DNA of 64,000 bases from positions 25,654,225 through 25,718,224 of the forward strand of contig CM120640.1 of assembly GCA_051362555.1 (NCBI GenBank), read 5' to 3'. The notes beneath the pieces are model-generated. The model did no database searches and had not been told where the DNA came from. It saw nothing but the letters and a program-made list of their open reading frames with translations. A program made the position numbers and the translations under genes. Below, in pieces: positions 1 to 13,578 of the stretch; positions within the stretch are counted from its first letter, which is position 1, and every line of letters begins with the position of its first letter. Origin of the DNA: Lingula anatina (taxonomy: Eukaryota; Animalia; Brachiopoda).

Positions 1-1730
1 ATCATACAAATGGTTCTTTTTCGTCATTGCTTAGTTCATTTCTTTGTTTCAGTCATCTCAGAATGTAACGGATGACAACTGACATCAGCATAGGTACTGA
101 GTAGATAAAAACCTCTGCTTCAACGTAGATAAATGTAACCACATGATAACAGTATGCTTAACCTCAGATATATTACAACCTGTTCGCACTGTCACAGCAG
201 TTACCAGGAGATTTAAGTTCCCCTCTTATACAGTATATCCTACCATTCCCACTCTAATACAAGATTATTAACGCGTATTAACTATGACTTTTTATCTCGT
301 GCATGCAAGTTTCTTTTCGCTTACGCTCAGTCTTCCTTAATGCGATGTGATGCTCCTCTGGGTTGCAATCGGATGATTCTGAATCCAATAATCATGACGC
401 TTAAAAAGAATTCAGATACTTGTTTAGCGTACAGGTCTACTAATGAGATTGTGCGTTAGTCCTTACATTTTTTTAAATGGCACAAATACGCTACTATAGA
501 ATAGAGAAGAAAAAGAGCTGGCGCATGGATGACAAGCCGGTTAGTAAGAAATGCTGAACATCGCAACAATATACAATAACAAATTGTACTGAAGAGGAAA
601 TTATAAACACGGACGGCCATAATCCCAACCACCCTCGTTGAGACTGGGAGAATTGCACTGACAAAATATTACAAAAGTTCAAATTCAATTGAAAAATTTT
701 GATAGCTAACCCTGGCCATTGCAAAAGCTCTAATAGTAACAAAGCCAATAACTATAAATGAAACATATTGACCGAAACATTACCTTGCCATCTGTTACAG
801 AAGTGGAACCCTCTAAGATCCCCAAGACATGTAATGGAATCGGATACCAAAAGAACATTAAAGTTTTTGATGCAACATCCGAAAATAAGGTGAGTAGCTC
901 GATCGTGTAACCAGAAGGAAAAGTTGAAAATATGACAGACAGAAGCGAATTTACCGTTTGCAGAGGACGTGAGATGAATGAGGAGAGAGGTGCATGGCTA
1001 ATACACAGAATTAACAAGGGAAGTTGAAGAAAGAGAAACAGAAGGGGGGAACATGAAGCAACGTGTTGAGCATATCCCAGCACCCTGCAAATAATATTCT
1101 TTATGTAGTCATTTGTTCACAAGCACAACGAAGCTCGGTGCTCAAAATTAAATAAGAAATAAGGCCATATGACTGATATTGTCATTTATTAAAATGTCGA
1201 AATGAAATATGATACGAAGTTGCAAGATGGGGATAGTAACAATATCAAATTAAATAATCACACATACATCACCCATACAATAAAGCAAAAAGTTGGCAAA
1301 ACAATGGCCAATATTGGTTGCCGGGGATGTGAGCTTCTCTCACATCTTGTGGCCATTATTTTGTTTGACGGAATATTTGTTTTATCAAGTGTGTTAGGTA
1401 TTCTATGGTAGCGTAGTGGTGACACTAAAAAAATTAATAACTACCAACCATGTTTTTCAGGACAATAGAGAACAGGTGACAAATGCAGTCCCATTGAATC
1501 TTCATGGGCTCTTCTCAAATGCACCTAACCCTGTTAACTCTGCTTTAGAATAGTCTTAATCACAGTATATACAGACTTGACATTTAATAAGGAATATTTC
1601 AGTTTCGAAGGTATGCCTAGGTGAAAATGCATTTCGTATATAATATGTGAATGGAGAAGTGTGTAGTCAGGTGTGTCGCTATCAATTAAATGAATACCAG
1701 GTTTGTTGCGCTGCTGCATTATGTAATATA

Positions 1731-2600
1731 CAGTGATTTAATTGGGTAGTGCTCCAGGTCAAAGCTTGGCTTTGGCAAAGCATGGTTCTGTCAAAAAAGT
1801 ATCCATATGTCGGCAACTACTGCATAGAAGAATTTGAAATTTTGCATGCAAGTGGTCTTCGGGTTTGCAGTGTGTAAAATGAGCTATCAGTGCTTTACAA
1901 ATTTGTTAATCTGTGGCAGAATGGCGCGAAAAATACAGTCATTGCCAGACAGATAATTGCGCCAAACGAAACGGTCCGCACAGTTTTGTAGAGTAATGCC
2001 CAGACTGATGTACCTACACAGAGGCCACACCCAATGTATTGAAATCTTACCACCAGGGTACAGGACCCACTGTCTTTAGGGATATGCTGTTGCAACTAAA
2101 GAAAAGCCACCCAGTCCGTTCAGAATGAGGAGTAAATTGCCACCAAAAAGCATTTTTCAAGGCCCTTAGCGAACACCAAACTGGTTTTAGCAGGCTAGAA
2201 TACCAGACGACCTCCGAGGAACCCACTGTTAACAGCAAAACATCGTTGTATGTTTCTCTAATGAACTGGGGACTTTGACCGTTTCTGGGTTGAACACTGA
2301 AATCTCGTGGCTTTCTTTATTGAGGTCAGATTTCACCTGTACCACTCAACAGTCAAAACAGAGTTTACAGACATCCAGAAGAGGCCAACGACGAAGCGTG
2401 TGCCGCGTCTAAAGTGACTAAGGTCATTAACAGCGTCAGTATTTGGAGTGGATACCACGTTGGTGCCAAAACACCAATGGTAGTCATCAACGAAAACCAG
2501 AACCAGATCAAATAAAGAAATAAATCTGGGAACCACTTGGCTATCATTTGATAGTGTGCAACTTAGGAACAATTTTAAGTTGTACGGTTAGATTGCCGGT
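1731..2600 (+). mobile_element. Degenerate Tc1-like transposase relic
   Basis: Manual translation at about 2181-2520 gives RRPPRNPLLTAKHR, EH*NLVAFFIEVRFHL (decayed W..V.FSDESRF) and RVYRHPEE..C..V..SVSIWSG..KTPMVVINEN. There is a possible TA|CAGTG left end at 1731. The right end was not found, and the sequence has stops and frameshifts. Confidence 0.6.
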
Positions 2601-3699
2601 TCTTACAGAGCACTTTTAATACCAGATTACTTACAGAACCAAGGGAATGAGTAGCTAACTCGGTCATCAAAACTGCCATATTTGAATCACATAGACAATA
2701 TGTGGGTAGGCCATTACTTGCCGAATCAATGGCCTACATGTCCTAAAACAAAACTGGACCAAATTTGACAGATTTTGACCGATGCCTGAAATGTTATTCC
2801 AGATTGAACTTTAAAAACCTATCCCAAGGAATGCCTTGCCCCTTGAGAGCGCTGGTAGCAACCAGAAGGGGTCAGGCGTAACAGCGCCCGTTACTGTGAC
2901 TAGACACTGATATGATGATCCTTTGTGGAGCGTGTAACTTTTTTTACAGACAATAATTTGGAAAATATGGAGGGCCAAAATATCTCTTTTAATGGTTGTC
3001 ATAGGACATAGAATAGGCAATATGTTTTTGTTTGCTTCCCTGGCGAATTCCATTAATGAATTGATGTCACAATGACATCAAAGAGATAATTTAAAGTTAT
3101 TAAAACACGATTTTAATCCTTATTTTCATTTATCAGTCAGCAAAATGGGAAAAAAACTGATGAAAAATGATTTGGAAAAAAATCCCATATTAAATGTGAG
3201 CGTCCTCTTACCGAGGAACAGATATTACAAGAAAATGCACAAGAAAATGAGGCTGCTGAAGGCAGTTCTGTTCAATTATGAGGAATATTTTGTTCCACTG
3301 GTGTAAACCTGTTGGTTCTTCTGGATGTAAACGCCAACGCCATGGAGTATACAGGGGCATTTTATAAAATTATTTCATTCCATTTTTTCTCATTTGATTG
3401 TGCAATATTCCCGGACGTTTTTTATTGCAGCGTGGCATCCTGCTTGGTAAGGGATTTTATGAACAAAAACAACATTCTGCTCATAACCAAATCCGCCGAA
3501 AGCCCCAATTGAATTCGTTGGAACAAGTCGGAGAGAGCACTGTACAGGATAAACCCAAAACCCAGCAATTTTACATCAGTTGAAACAATCTTTGACCCCA
3601 CAGTGGAAAATAAAGATTGGTAGCATTAGTGAACACCATGCCCGTCGCGTAATAGGCTCTTGTCGTGCACTTGAGGGTTATATACACTATTAATATTAA

Positions 3700-5021
3700 C
3701 CCTTAAGCAAGAAGGATAACACTTGCGCCGGAGGTCTTGTAATAAAAATGCAATGCCGTGCACGTGAGGGTCATATGCACTATTATATTGTATATTAGTC
3801 TTGTTCAAGAAATCTAAGTGGAATTGTGGAATTTTGAAATTGAGTGTAACCTTCTATCGAGAATTATAAGAGATTTTTAGTAGAATATGCATCTAAAAGG
3901 GCCCGCCTTCATGTACATTCCATACTCATTTACAATCCATCAAATCCTCAGAAAGTTTGGATTTAACCGTTTTTTGTTCTTTTGTATTTCCAATGATAAA
4001 TATTTCAAAGTTCCATAATTTCAACAGTTTTGAAGATGTCGCAATGAAATTTTGATTGTTATAAGAAAATGATGTTTTTCATAACTGCTGATAATTTCAG
4101 GACTCTACCTTTCTTAGTTTTGGCACACTGAAATATTTTAATCTGTATAGTCTGTTGTCTATCTATTGGTCTATCGTTGGCGTTTTCTAGGAAAAAGGGA
4201 AATTACCAGCAATACTAGTGTAATTAGGTGTCGCACATTTCTTTAAGACAATCGATTTCGAAGGAAAGATAAATGATAAAATACTGCCATATGATATTCA
4301 TTTTTAATCCACAGAAAGAAACTGAATAAGTCAAGAAGTCCTTATGGTTCTTGTACGTGCAATGCACATAGAAAGCAACCCGTAAGATTAAAAAGAGGTA
4401 TTGGTACATGCGATGAGAGGAAATCATCCGAGATACACGGAAGTATCGTGACCTAGCGTAAATTCAAGAATATTCTGCGTAATTATATGATAGTATTGGT
4501 ACACTAGCGAGTGTGTGGGGAAGCAATGAAGAAAGCTGATAGAATTGCCCTGGGTCATTTTCTCTGAAAGTGACAAATTGTACGCTTGTTTAAAACAAAC
4601 GTTAAGTACATTAAACTCTACTTGTTGAAATTATGTTAGGGAAAGTAATCATTTTGTCGCATTTCAACAGAAAAGTGCCATGAATCAATGTTGCAAAAAA
4701 TTAACCAATCCTGACGAACCTTGCAGCATATCGACCGTCTTGACACCAGACGTCAGCAGGAGAAGGGTTGGCGGAAATTGAAAAACCATCGATAAAGCAT
4801 GGACTGAGGTCTTTTTATATTTTCCCCAAATTGTTACGGATTCAGGGCAAGTGTCAGTGAAGGATGACCAAAGGTTGGCTAGTCGAAGAAATATACCTCA
4901 CACAGAACACTGTGCCCTTTGAATAAAAAACTTCAGGTCTACCATCATGCACTTCGTTTTTGTACTGCATTTTTATTACAAGACCTCCGGCGCACTAAGT
5001 TTTATCCTTCTTGCTTAAGGG
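3700..5021. mobile_element. piggyBac-like non-autonomous element
   Basis: TTAA at 3696-3699 and 5022-5025 flanks about 55-bp inverted termini: CCCTTAAGCAAGAAGGATAA...GCGCCGGAGGTCTTGTAATAAAAATGCA on the left and its reverse complement at about 4966-5021. Confidence 0.75.
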
Positions 5022-5777
5022 TTAACCCCAACTCTCTCGCATTCTCCCTGCATTTCGTTATCTCTTCCACCGTATGTTTGCTACTGTATACAATAACAAT
5101 TACCACTCCAAAAGGTACTGGCGAGTATGTAAAGTTCAAACTTAATTAAGCAATTTTTTTTGTTAGGGCTTACCCCTATGTTGTTATCGCTGAATAGTTA
5201 TTGCGTTTCATTTCAGATATTTTACCCTCTGCGACAACTTGTTATCTTCACACAATAAGTGACATATTTCGAATCGGGCTATCACATTTAATAAGGATAA
5301 TTATGACTACCAGGATAATCATGATCAAAGAAAATCGCTCAAAATTATATCCACCTGTTCACAGTGAGTAAATTATCCAGATCATATTGTGCGTGTGATA
5401 TTTGTAATTTTTGTAATATATTATTTGATGCCTATGACTAGTTCGGCAATGAAAGCACACACGCTTTTTGATTCAAACAATATGCCCTTTTGGGCACTTA
5501 ACTAAAATCCCTTTCTTGTCTTTTATTGCCATCATCATTGACGCTCTGCTCACTGTTCTCTCTCTCAACCTCCATGTTCCTTATTATCTTCCTGTAAGAT
5601 GCGTTTCCTAACTCTCGATATCAACCCGTCATCATGATAAAATCGAAGCAATTATATCCTGTCTGTTTTTATTCTTTAATTACGACTGTCAGAATTACTT
5701 TAAAATCATGCAATCGGATTAATTAAGCACATTTCACTCAATGGGCGTTAGGGTTGAAGAAAATGGCCGTCGATCTA

Positions 5778-6778
5778 CAGAAGGTGACAAAAATAGTGCA
5801 CTATGTGATATAGGGGACATTTTGTAGAAGTGATTCGTGTAACCACTGATGGATTTTCATCCTTGTTTACTATAAAGAGTGTCATCGAATGTTAAACGCA
5901 CTTCTGGTTGTCAAGTTTTTACCATGTTGAAGGTACGGGAGCTCACAAATGAAGGAAGAAAAGAAATTGTATCTCTGAAGGAGGAGGGTATAGATGTTCC
6001 CTAGATCCTAGACAGCCGCCAGTGTCTGGTCAGACTGTACGCGGGGTTTGCAAGTGGATGGAGGACACTGGTGATGCCCATAAAGCACCACAAAGTGGCC
6101 GCCCAAAGAAGACAAGTACCAGAGACGTCCGGCGCCTTTTTATAATTAGCTTTGCAGTGGCCGCGCAATTTGCAGGTTGAGATTATCGAAAGGACTGTTC
6201 AAAGAAAGCCTCATGCTTCAGAAATTCACACCCAGGTGAAAACCACTTGGTAAACAGTCGAAGGAAAGTGACATGGGCTGCAAGAACCATTGCAAGGACA
6301 GTAGGTCAGAACTGGTGACATTTTGTATTTTGATGAGTCCATCTTCACCTTGAACAACTTGGATAGACAAATGAGAGTATGGAGAGCATTATCCAAATAA
6401 CAGAAAATATATACATTTCCTCGCTAGACAGTCCACTTCAATGATTGTTTAAAGTTGCATTGATCTACGGTATTGGTGAACTGGTGTTGATCAATTGAAA
6501 CCTGGTCCATGAACGTTACATTGAAATTCTGGACCAGCATTTTTGACTTTCGATAGAAAATATCTTTTGGGGAGGAAATTATTCGTTTATTTTCCAAGAT
6601 GATAATGCTACACCCCACGGGAGCAGGGCTGTAAGAGAATGGCTTTACCGGCATGACACCAACAACTGGCCTGCCCAGTCACCAGATGCAGTCCTCATTG
6701 AAAACCTGCGGAATGAGATTGAAAGGATTGTTCCTTCACTTTCAAGGAAAATGGTGTAATGCTTTTGTCACCCTTCTG
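5778..6778 (+). mobile_element. Tc1 (DD34E-type) transposon, internally deleted and degenerate
   Basis: TA-flanked TIRs CAGAAGG(G)TGACAAAA. Transposase motifs include MLKVRELT, SGRPKKTSTRD, F-DESIF, FQDDNATPH and NWPAQSPDAVLIENL, with frameshifts. Confidence 0.9.
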
Positions 6779-7999
6779 TAGAAATTTATCCATTCCAGTA
6801 TAAAATTTTATATTGCTTTTTATCACACTCTAAAGAGTGTAAAGAATACAATACGTTTAACAACTCATTTTCTACTATTCGATAGCGTTTATCGATCGGT
6901 AATCTATTTTAATATACCTCTAGCGAACAGATCGAGTGTTTTTTTTTTTTTTTTGGAAAAATTGTTTAAGTAACCTTGTCACATCTGTTTAAATATATAT
7001 TTCAAACAATGGTATAAACCTTTACCACCTGGCACCGAGTATCTTCTTATTCATTAGATAAGACTATTAAAGTTTCAATATAATGGTATCAACAGCAGGT
7101 AGGCATTGGGCCATAAATCATTTAACAAGCGAAACTTGCGGTTACAGTTGTGAATTTGCCAGTGATTGCTGATTGATAAAGCGAGAAGAGAATCATATAA
7201 AATTTCTGTTTTATGTATTTTTCAACAAATGATATAAGCCGGGTGCCATTTTACTCCATTTTTACGCTTATATATCACATTATTCTTAATAATACCTTGA
7301 CAAAAGAAGTGAAACAGCAACGGTGACCCGCAAGGAACTGCGGTCCGTACAGCTGTACAGATGAGATTTGCGCTATATTCTAAACTCGATACTTTCTACT
7401 AACCCTAACCTGTACTAATCGCATTGAATCCCAGACTTCCTTTCCTTCGACTTTCGTTCCTGTCACACCGGATTCTGTATCACAAGAACTCTCTCGTAAA
7501 TGACACTGGATCTCTTCTTGTTCAAGATACAAGTGAAGGACGTTACTAAACTTTCGAAACCTACTTACCTGCATCTAAATTACCAATAAGGCATTCGGCA
7601 CCGATATTTTCACCCGCATTACGTTTACATCTTTGATGTTGCCATTGATTGCTGATTGACAAAGCAAAGAGAGTATATTACTGAAAAAAAAAGAAAAGAA
7701 AACGATCCTAGTTTTTGGCCGTTGTAGAAAATTGCGATCCACCAGGCAAATTTATAGCACGAGTATATAAGCAGCCGCCTCTAGCGCCAGTATACGAGCC
7801 AGGATTCAGCCATCTATATCATAATTACGATAATGCCATTTAATGGTTTAAAAAGCAAGGCAAATCATACGTGCGTCGTCAACCATCACGTATAATTATT
7901 CATGACCCGCGAGTGATTCAACCACCAAAACGAACTCGGTAATCGATAAATCTGGGCTGTGTGGTTGGAATTATGGTACACAGTACCTTGTTTGTGAGA

Positions 8000-8035
<36 letters not shown>

Positions 8036-8699
8036 AAACATTCAAGTGAAGACTACTAAACTATACCACCGCATCCCATGCAATATACGTATGGCAATAT
8101 TTGTATTGCCGTCAGCACCACCCTAATGGCACTGAAGGCTGTCCATCCTTACCGAAAGTATAATCATAGCTAGATAGAGGCAGTCAGATAGAGACCTTCA
8201 GTGTGTTGTCAAGCTGGACCGAAATTGCCAGCAGATGACTGTACATTACTAGTACAGTACATAGGGTCACACGACGGCCCCTCCCCATACCATGCACGGA
8301 GAAAACCAGAAAATATTAATTTTACATTAGTTTATATCAGCAAATAAAATACGTAGGCCTCACGGAGTTACACTAGAGGTATCCATGGCTTGCTGAGGAA
8401 GCTGGTCTTTTATAAGCCCACTTTGCCGTGTCATATGGGAAACAATTGAGCTACTCAAATACCATGTCTTAGCAAGGGGTTTTAGTTAGAGCTCCTTGGT
8501 CTTAGTCGATACAGTATCTCCTTCTACATGCCATCGAGGCATAATTCGTAATCATGTTTCATTCCCAAGGCAATGGCCAGTTTCGTATTGTCTTCGCGAG
8601 GCGAAACTGGCCGATGGCACCAATGATCATGATCACATGAAGTAAAGACGAAGATGACACGATTCGCGGCATGCCCTCATGATGGTCTTGCATAGAGAA

Positions 8700-9733
8700 A
8701 TGGACATGCGAATTGAAAATGACAGGTAACCTTCTCACAATTTTGCCTCTCCTCACAAAGTCGCAGTTGGAGCCCGAGGAACTGATGGCAAAGATGCCAT
8801 TTCAGATTTGCGAGAATGGACGATCAAAAGTAAACTTAAATTAAATGATGAAAAAACAGAATTTATGGTCATCACACAACCACACTCAAAACACTTAGCT
8901 GAAAGACTATCAGGGGTTTCTGATATGGGGTTTCTCCTCATGCAAAAAACCTGTTGGTGTATTTTGATACTACTTTAAACATGAACAAGCAGATAGCCAA
9001 TGTGAAAAAATCTTGATTGTATCACATAAGAAACATCAGTTCCCTACGAAATAATTTAACAGATTCTGCCACTGCCACGGTCATTCATGCCCTAGTAACA
9101 CCAAGGCTTGATTACTGTAACTCCTTGCTCTATGGATGCGGCATAGAAAGAACAAAGAAAGTCCAACGCATTCAAAATGTACCAGCACGTCTTCTTAACC
9201 GAACTGCTATGGATAAACACATGACACCGATATTATTTAACAACTTCACTGGCTACCTGTAAACACCCGGATCTTATTCAAACTTTTAACTCATGCTCAT
9301 GCGGCCTTTTATGGACTTGCACCAGATTTTATTTGTGAACTTGTATCTCATTACACACCAAATCGTACCTTAAGATCTAAGGATCAATTATTACTAAAAA
9401 CACAGAACGCAAGAGTAAAATCTTTTGGCAAAAAATCATTCCAGTACGCAGCACCACATGAGTGGAATAAATTACCTGTGGACTTGAGAAGCATTAGCTC
9501 AGTGGAGGATTTTAAAAAAGCTTTAAAAACATACCCGTTTAACAAATTTTATTACAGAACATTTTATAACTCGGAAATATTAACTGGAAATCATTATCTT
9601 AACTCAGACTCTTAGGTCATAATTTTATTAATTTAATTCATCTTAACTTTGTTTTTAGTTTTTAGTTTGTAAAGTCTACAGAACATATTTTATGGATTTT
9701 AGACTTTTAATAAATATATTATTATATTATTAT
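8700..9733 (+). mobile_element. L2/CR1-group LINE, 5'-truncated 3' fragment
   Basis: The ORF at 9017-9262 and its flanks give KLKLNDEKTEFMV, HALVTPRLDYCNSLLYG, KVQRIQN..ARL, LHWLPV..RILFK and APHEWNKLP. The 3' end has AATAAA plus an (ATT)n tail at about 9709-9733. Confidence 0.85.
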
Positions 9734-10645
9734 CTTAAGATGCTCGTAGGATACGTGATCCGATATTTTTACGATCAGACCTGTATTTGAAAGCTTGCTT
9801 TATTGTGTGTTCATGTCGTGTCCTTTATTACGATAGTTTAATACACCGGCAGCAAAAAGTAACTGCCAGAGCCTGAGAAACCCCAGCGTCAGTCACACGA
9901 TGGCTTAAGATGACCTTATGATCGAAAACCCCATTCTTTTATCATTTTGTGTCAATTTTGGTGTGGCACCTATATAAATCATTTTAGAAGTTAACTCATC
10001 AAAATCTTATTATGGATTAAGAATTGACGGGCAAGTATTTTTTGATTGATTATTGTCAACAACGAACAAAAACGCATCATCATTCCTACTCAATATGCAA
10101 TCACGCGCATGCAGTAAACGTCAAGCAGCCGCCTATACTATCTCCGCCTCCCAGTTCTCTCAGTTTTGCCCTCTGAGACTAAAAACCCCAAAACAGAAAA
10201 AAAATGTGTCGTTTTCACGATACAAAAACTACCCTGAATTTCAGGTCTTGTTGTTCAAAGAGACTTTTGAACTGCAGTGGCGGTATTTAAAAGCACGTTT
10301 GGGTGATTTGTTTGCGATGAATGGGAAATGCAGGGTAGAAGAGAAAATAAGTGACCTTTATAGTGATATGCGAGAAAAATAAGTGATATGCAAAGAATTT
10401 CTTTTTTCAGTAAATTTTAAGATAAGTTCCCTTTCCAAAATACAGAGTGCGTGGCCTCATTTGCCGTGGTATCACGAGATAGTAAAGTTAGGTACTACAT
10501 GTATTCAAACCAAAAAAATACCTTTAAAACAAAATGCTTTTTGTTGATAATTAGTAGTGGTTCGTCAGCACTTGTTCTCTTAATAGATGGGTTTTTTTTA
10601 CACAATGTGTTACAGCAGTCATCATTTGGACTTGGAAATTAGGAA

Positions 10646-10680
10646 CAGCTTTCGTCTAACTATTGCGTTCGTTCATCAGA
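10646..10680 (-). ncRNA. Degenerate minimal hammerhead-ribozyme-like motif
   Basis: The minus strand reads CTGATGA-acgaacgcaatagttagac-GAAAGCT. Stem II is only partly paired. Confidence 0.25.
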
Positions 10681-12842
10681 CGGAAACATTTGAAACTCAC
10701 GTATTGTGATACGTTTGACATTTGTGTGTACGAATAGCTTGTCTGCAGCTATTAACGTATATTAAGGATACAAAAACACTGCACATGTTTTCATTAGCAG
10801 CTTTAATTGTTGCGTTAGTAACTGCGGGAACTAACGTCATTTCTTCTACTACATGTAAGACAGATTGCTTAGACATATATTTTATCTTGCTCATTGGTAA
10901 AACCGACGGTATATTGAAATTCAAACTTCTTGCATATACTGTATACTCTTGCATATACTATATAAATTAGTGAGCTCATCTTCTTACCTAAATCATTCTC
11001 ATCTTCATCTTAATTATCTTATCATATGCTCTCCTATCAATTCATATGATTGGCATAAAACTTAATTCGTTCGAATAAGAGGGTTTAGATTATTATCTAT
11101 CAAAAATCCGTATTACGAAAATATTAGCGGCCATCTTGAATTTTGTAAGCGCTAAAGATATTTGCTGTGGCCCACATTTATTTTATCTGACCATAGTTTC
11201 GTTGCTAGTACGGTAAGCAAATAGAAATGCTTTCTAGAATAGTTCGTTATGAAAAAGGCAAGGACAGCAAAAGGGTAAAGCATCTTGGATCACCTTAGAT
11301 ATTTAAAAGAGATATCTCATGTCATTCATGGCATATTTATGTAATACATACCTGAATGGCTGGTCCACACGATATGGTCTTATCTGATACAACAGTTACA
11401 AGTGCTCAGGACTGATCAACGTCTCAGAATTCAAAATGCATATGTGCCTCCAGTACACGTTGTTCAACTGAAAACACTGGGCTTAGATATTCGATAAATA
11501 TCCTGGAAGAATCTGAAAAAACGTTGAAAACAGATGTATTCGTTCGCTGATGTATATTTGTGCGCACTTAAGCCCCACGGAGTCTTAGAGGTCTTAAATT
11601 TAAAGTTTAGTCATGTTTAAACTACTTCAGAAGACTTTATCTGACGGATCGGCCATTGGTAGACACTGACACTCACAATTCGTAACTGAGCCCACAACGA
11701 ATTTCATTGAGAACTAGAAGTAGAAATACCTGAAAATCTTACAACAACACTTGATCACACTGTGTGACATGAAACTTACCTTGTAAACCATTAGTGCACA
11801 TACAGTTTCCATGTTTCCCACAAAGAGTAGCTACTGAGATAGGCCTATTCGTTCTGGAGGAAGAGGGGCAAAATGTGTGTTTCATTACTGCAACACTTTT
11901 TCATCTTCTAGGAAAAAAACATGCACCACCAAAACGTAAATAAATAAAACGTATAATGTTTAAGGGCAGAGAATATAATTTATACAATGTACGCATTCTC
12001 AAGCTTAAAGGTTGCGAGGTAATGGAAATTGATAGCGGGGTACAGTGCGTAGTATTTCTCAATATTTTAATTGCACCTTATTCTATTTATTAAAGCCATG
12101 GTATGGTAAAGCCATGGCAAATATCATCGCAGCCCGAAGGAGGATTTAACATACCGTACGTAAATTTCATTGAACGCTATTAACGAATCCTTGCATATGC
12201 AAAGAAAACAAGAGTTGACTGCCTTGAGAGCAAGAAAGCCTACTAATGACAATCGCCATTGAGTCTGTAATTTTATTTCGAAACTAGGAAAAGCACTTCT
12301 ATGATTCCAAATGCAATTTAATCAACAGTTATAAGTTCTTTTTTCTTTGGTCAATTGTCTCAAGTTGAAACCCCCAAGGGCGATCGGGACAGGTGAAGAT
12401 TGATAAAGACGAAGAGAGAAAGTTTGGAAGGGTATCGAGATAAATTGGACATCACCTTACATCTCCATGACGATTCTCGACCACTGACGGTGAGAGTAAC
12501 CCAATGGCGGGGTTAAAAGAGTTTTATTTTGTTTTCGTATGCAGGAAGGTTTATGAATATTACATTTCAAAAGTTTAAATATTTTTATCTTTTTACTTGA
12601 GCTATATATCCTATTTTATCATTATTTTCATTACTTTTGTATTTTTCTTTTGCTGCAATCCTTATAAAATACCCAATATGCTCTGATCTCCATTATTGAC
12701 GTTCATCTTGTTGGAAAGATTAAATTTTAAACCGCTCTTGGTAAAAAAGTTGTCCCTCCTTCAATCCCATGTGTGTTTGTTTACAAATGATCACATGACA
12801 ACTGTACACCTTTTTTTCAGGTGAAATACCGTTGAAGATATT

Positions 12843-13022
12843 CAGGCCCGTAGCCAGCAATTACAAAAGGGGGGTTCTTTATTGAAAAAGTGGACCCTTT
12901 TCCATAAAAACTGCATGTACCTAGATCAAATTTTACCCAGAGTGGACCTTTTCCCGGCAAAAGGGGTGGTTCTTTCGAACCCCCGGAACCCCCCCCCCCC
13001 CCCCCCCCTGGCTACGGGCCTG
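12843..13022. mobile_element. hAT-like MITE (CAGGCCCGTAGCCAG TIR)
   Basis: Perfect 15-bp TIRs with a near 5-bp flank duplication ATATT/ATATC. An inverted copy lies at 43501-43677. Confidence 0.75.
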
Positions 13023-13385
13023 ATATCCATATTTCATTACATTTATTCAGATTAAGAGCATGCACTCCCTCAACAGTGATGTTGCACAGTGATCAGGCCA
13101 TATAACACGGCAGTGTTATACACTTTGTCTCTGTCTTTAAATTGCATTCACAATCACGGAAAGTGGAAACAAAATTAGAAACAAAAGTCTCGCTAGAGTA
13201 ATTAATTTAGATAATTGAAGGTACACCCCTTTCAAATGACAGAAAAGGGAGACCTGGTCACGATTCTAAAATCGTAGAGGTACTTTGGTCTCATTATTTT
13301 CATTGGGCTCTTTTGGCTCTTCCGCCAAAAACAGTCGCCACACCTGAGATTATTTCGTTAAAGCCAGCCCCAGGTCCGAGCGTTA

Positions 13386-13578
13386 TGTAGCCTTCCACCC
13401 CGGAGAATATATCCATATTCAGGGCAACGGTAACAGATAATGAAGTCCCTGTATCTAGTTTTACTGATCGACCGTTCATATCGGATATACTTATTTACTG
13501 ATAGATTTATGGCACGCAGGAATCAGTACGATTCCCTATAAAAACTGGGCCTCTAAAGTAGAAAGAGAGAGAGACCCC
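13386..13578 (+). mobile_element. 5' part of an interrupted solo LTR (paralog of 25989-26307)
   Basis: Matches the first about 190 bp of the intact LTR. The terminal AAGGTTACA reappears at 16546-16554 after about 3 kb of other sequence. Confidence 0.65.

Noticed and set aside
494-1411. Short ORFs at the window start, and most other 60-120 aa ORFs in the track
   Set aside because: They have no recognisable domains, their lengths are expected by chance, and many are antisense to transposon relics or cross microsatellites.
4705-4890. CTGACGAA and TGAAGGATGACC..GTCGAA hammerhead-like words
   Set aside because: Core boxes and stems cannot be assembled into a full motif.
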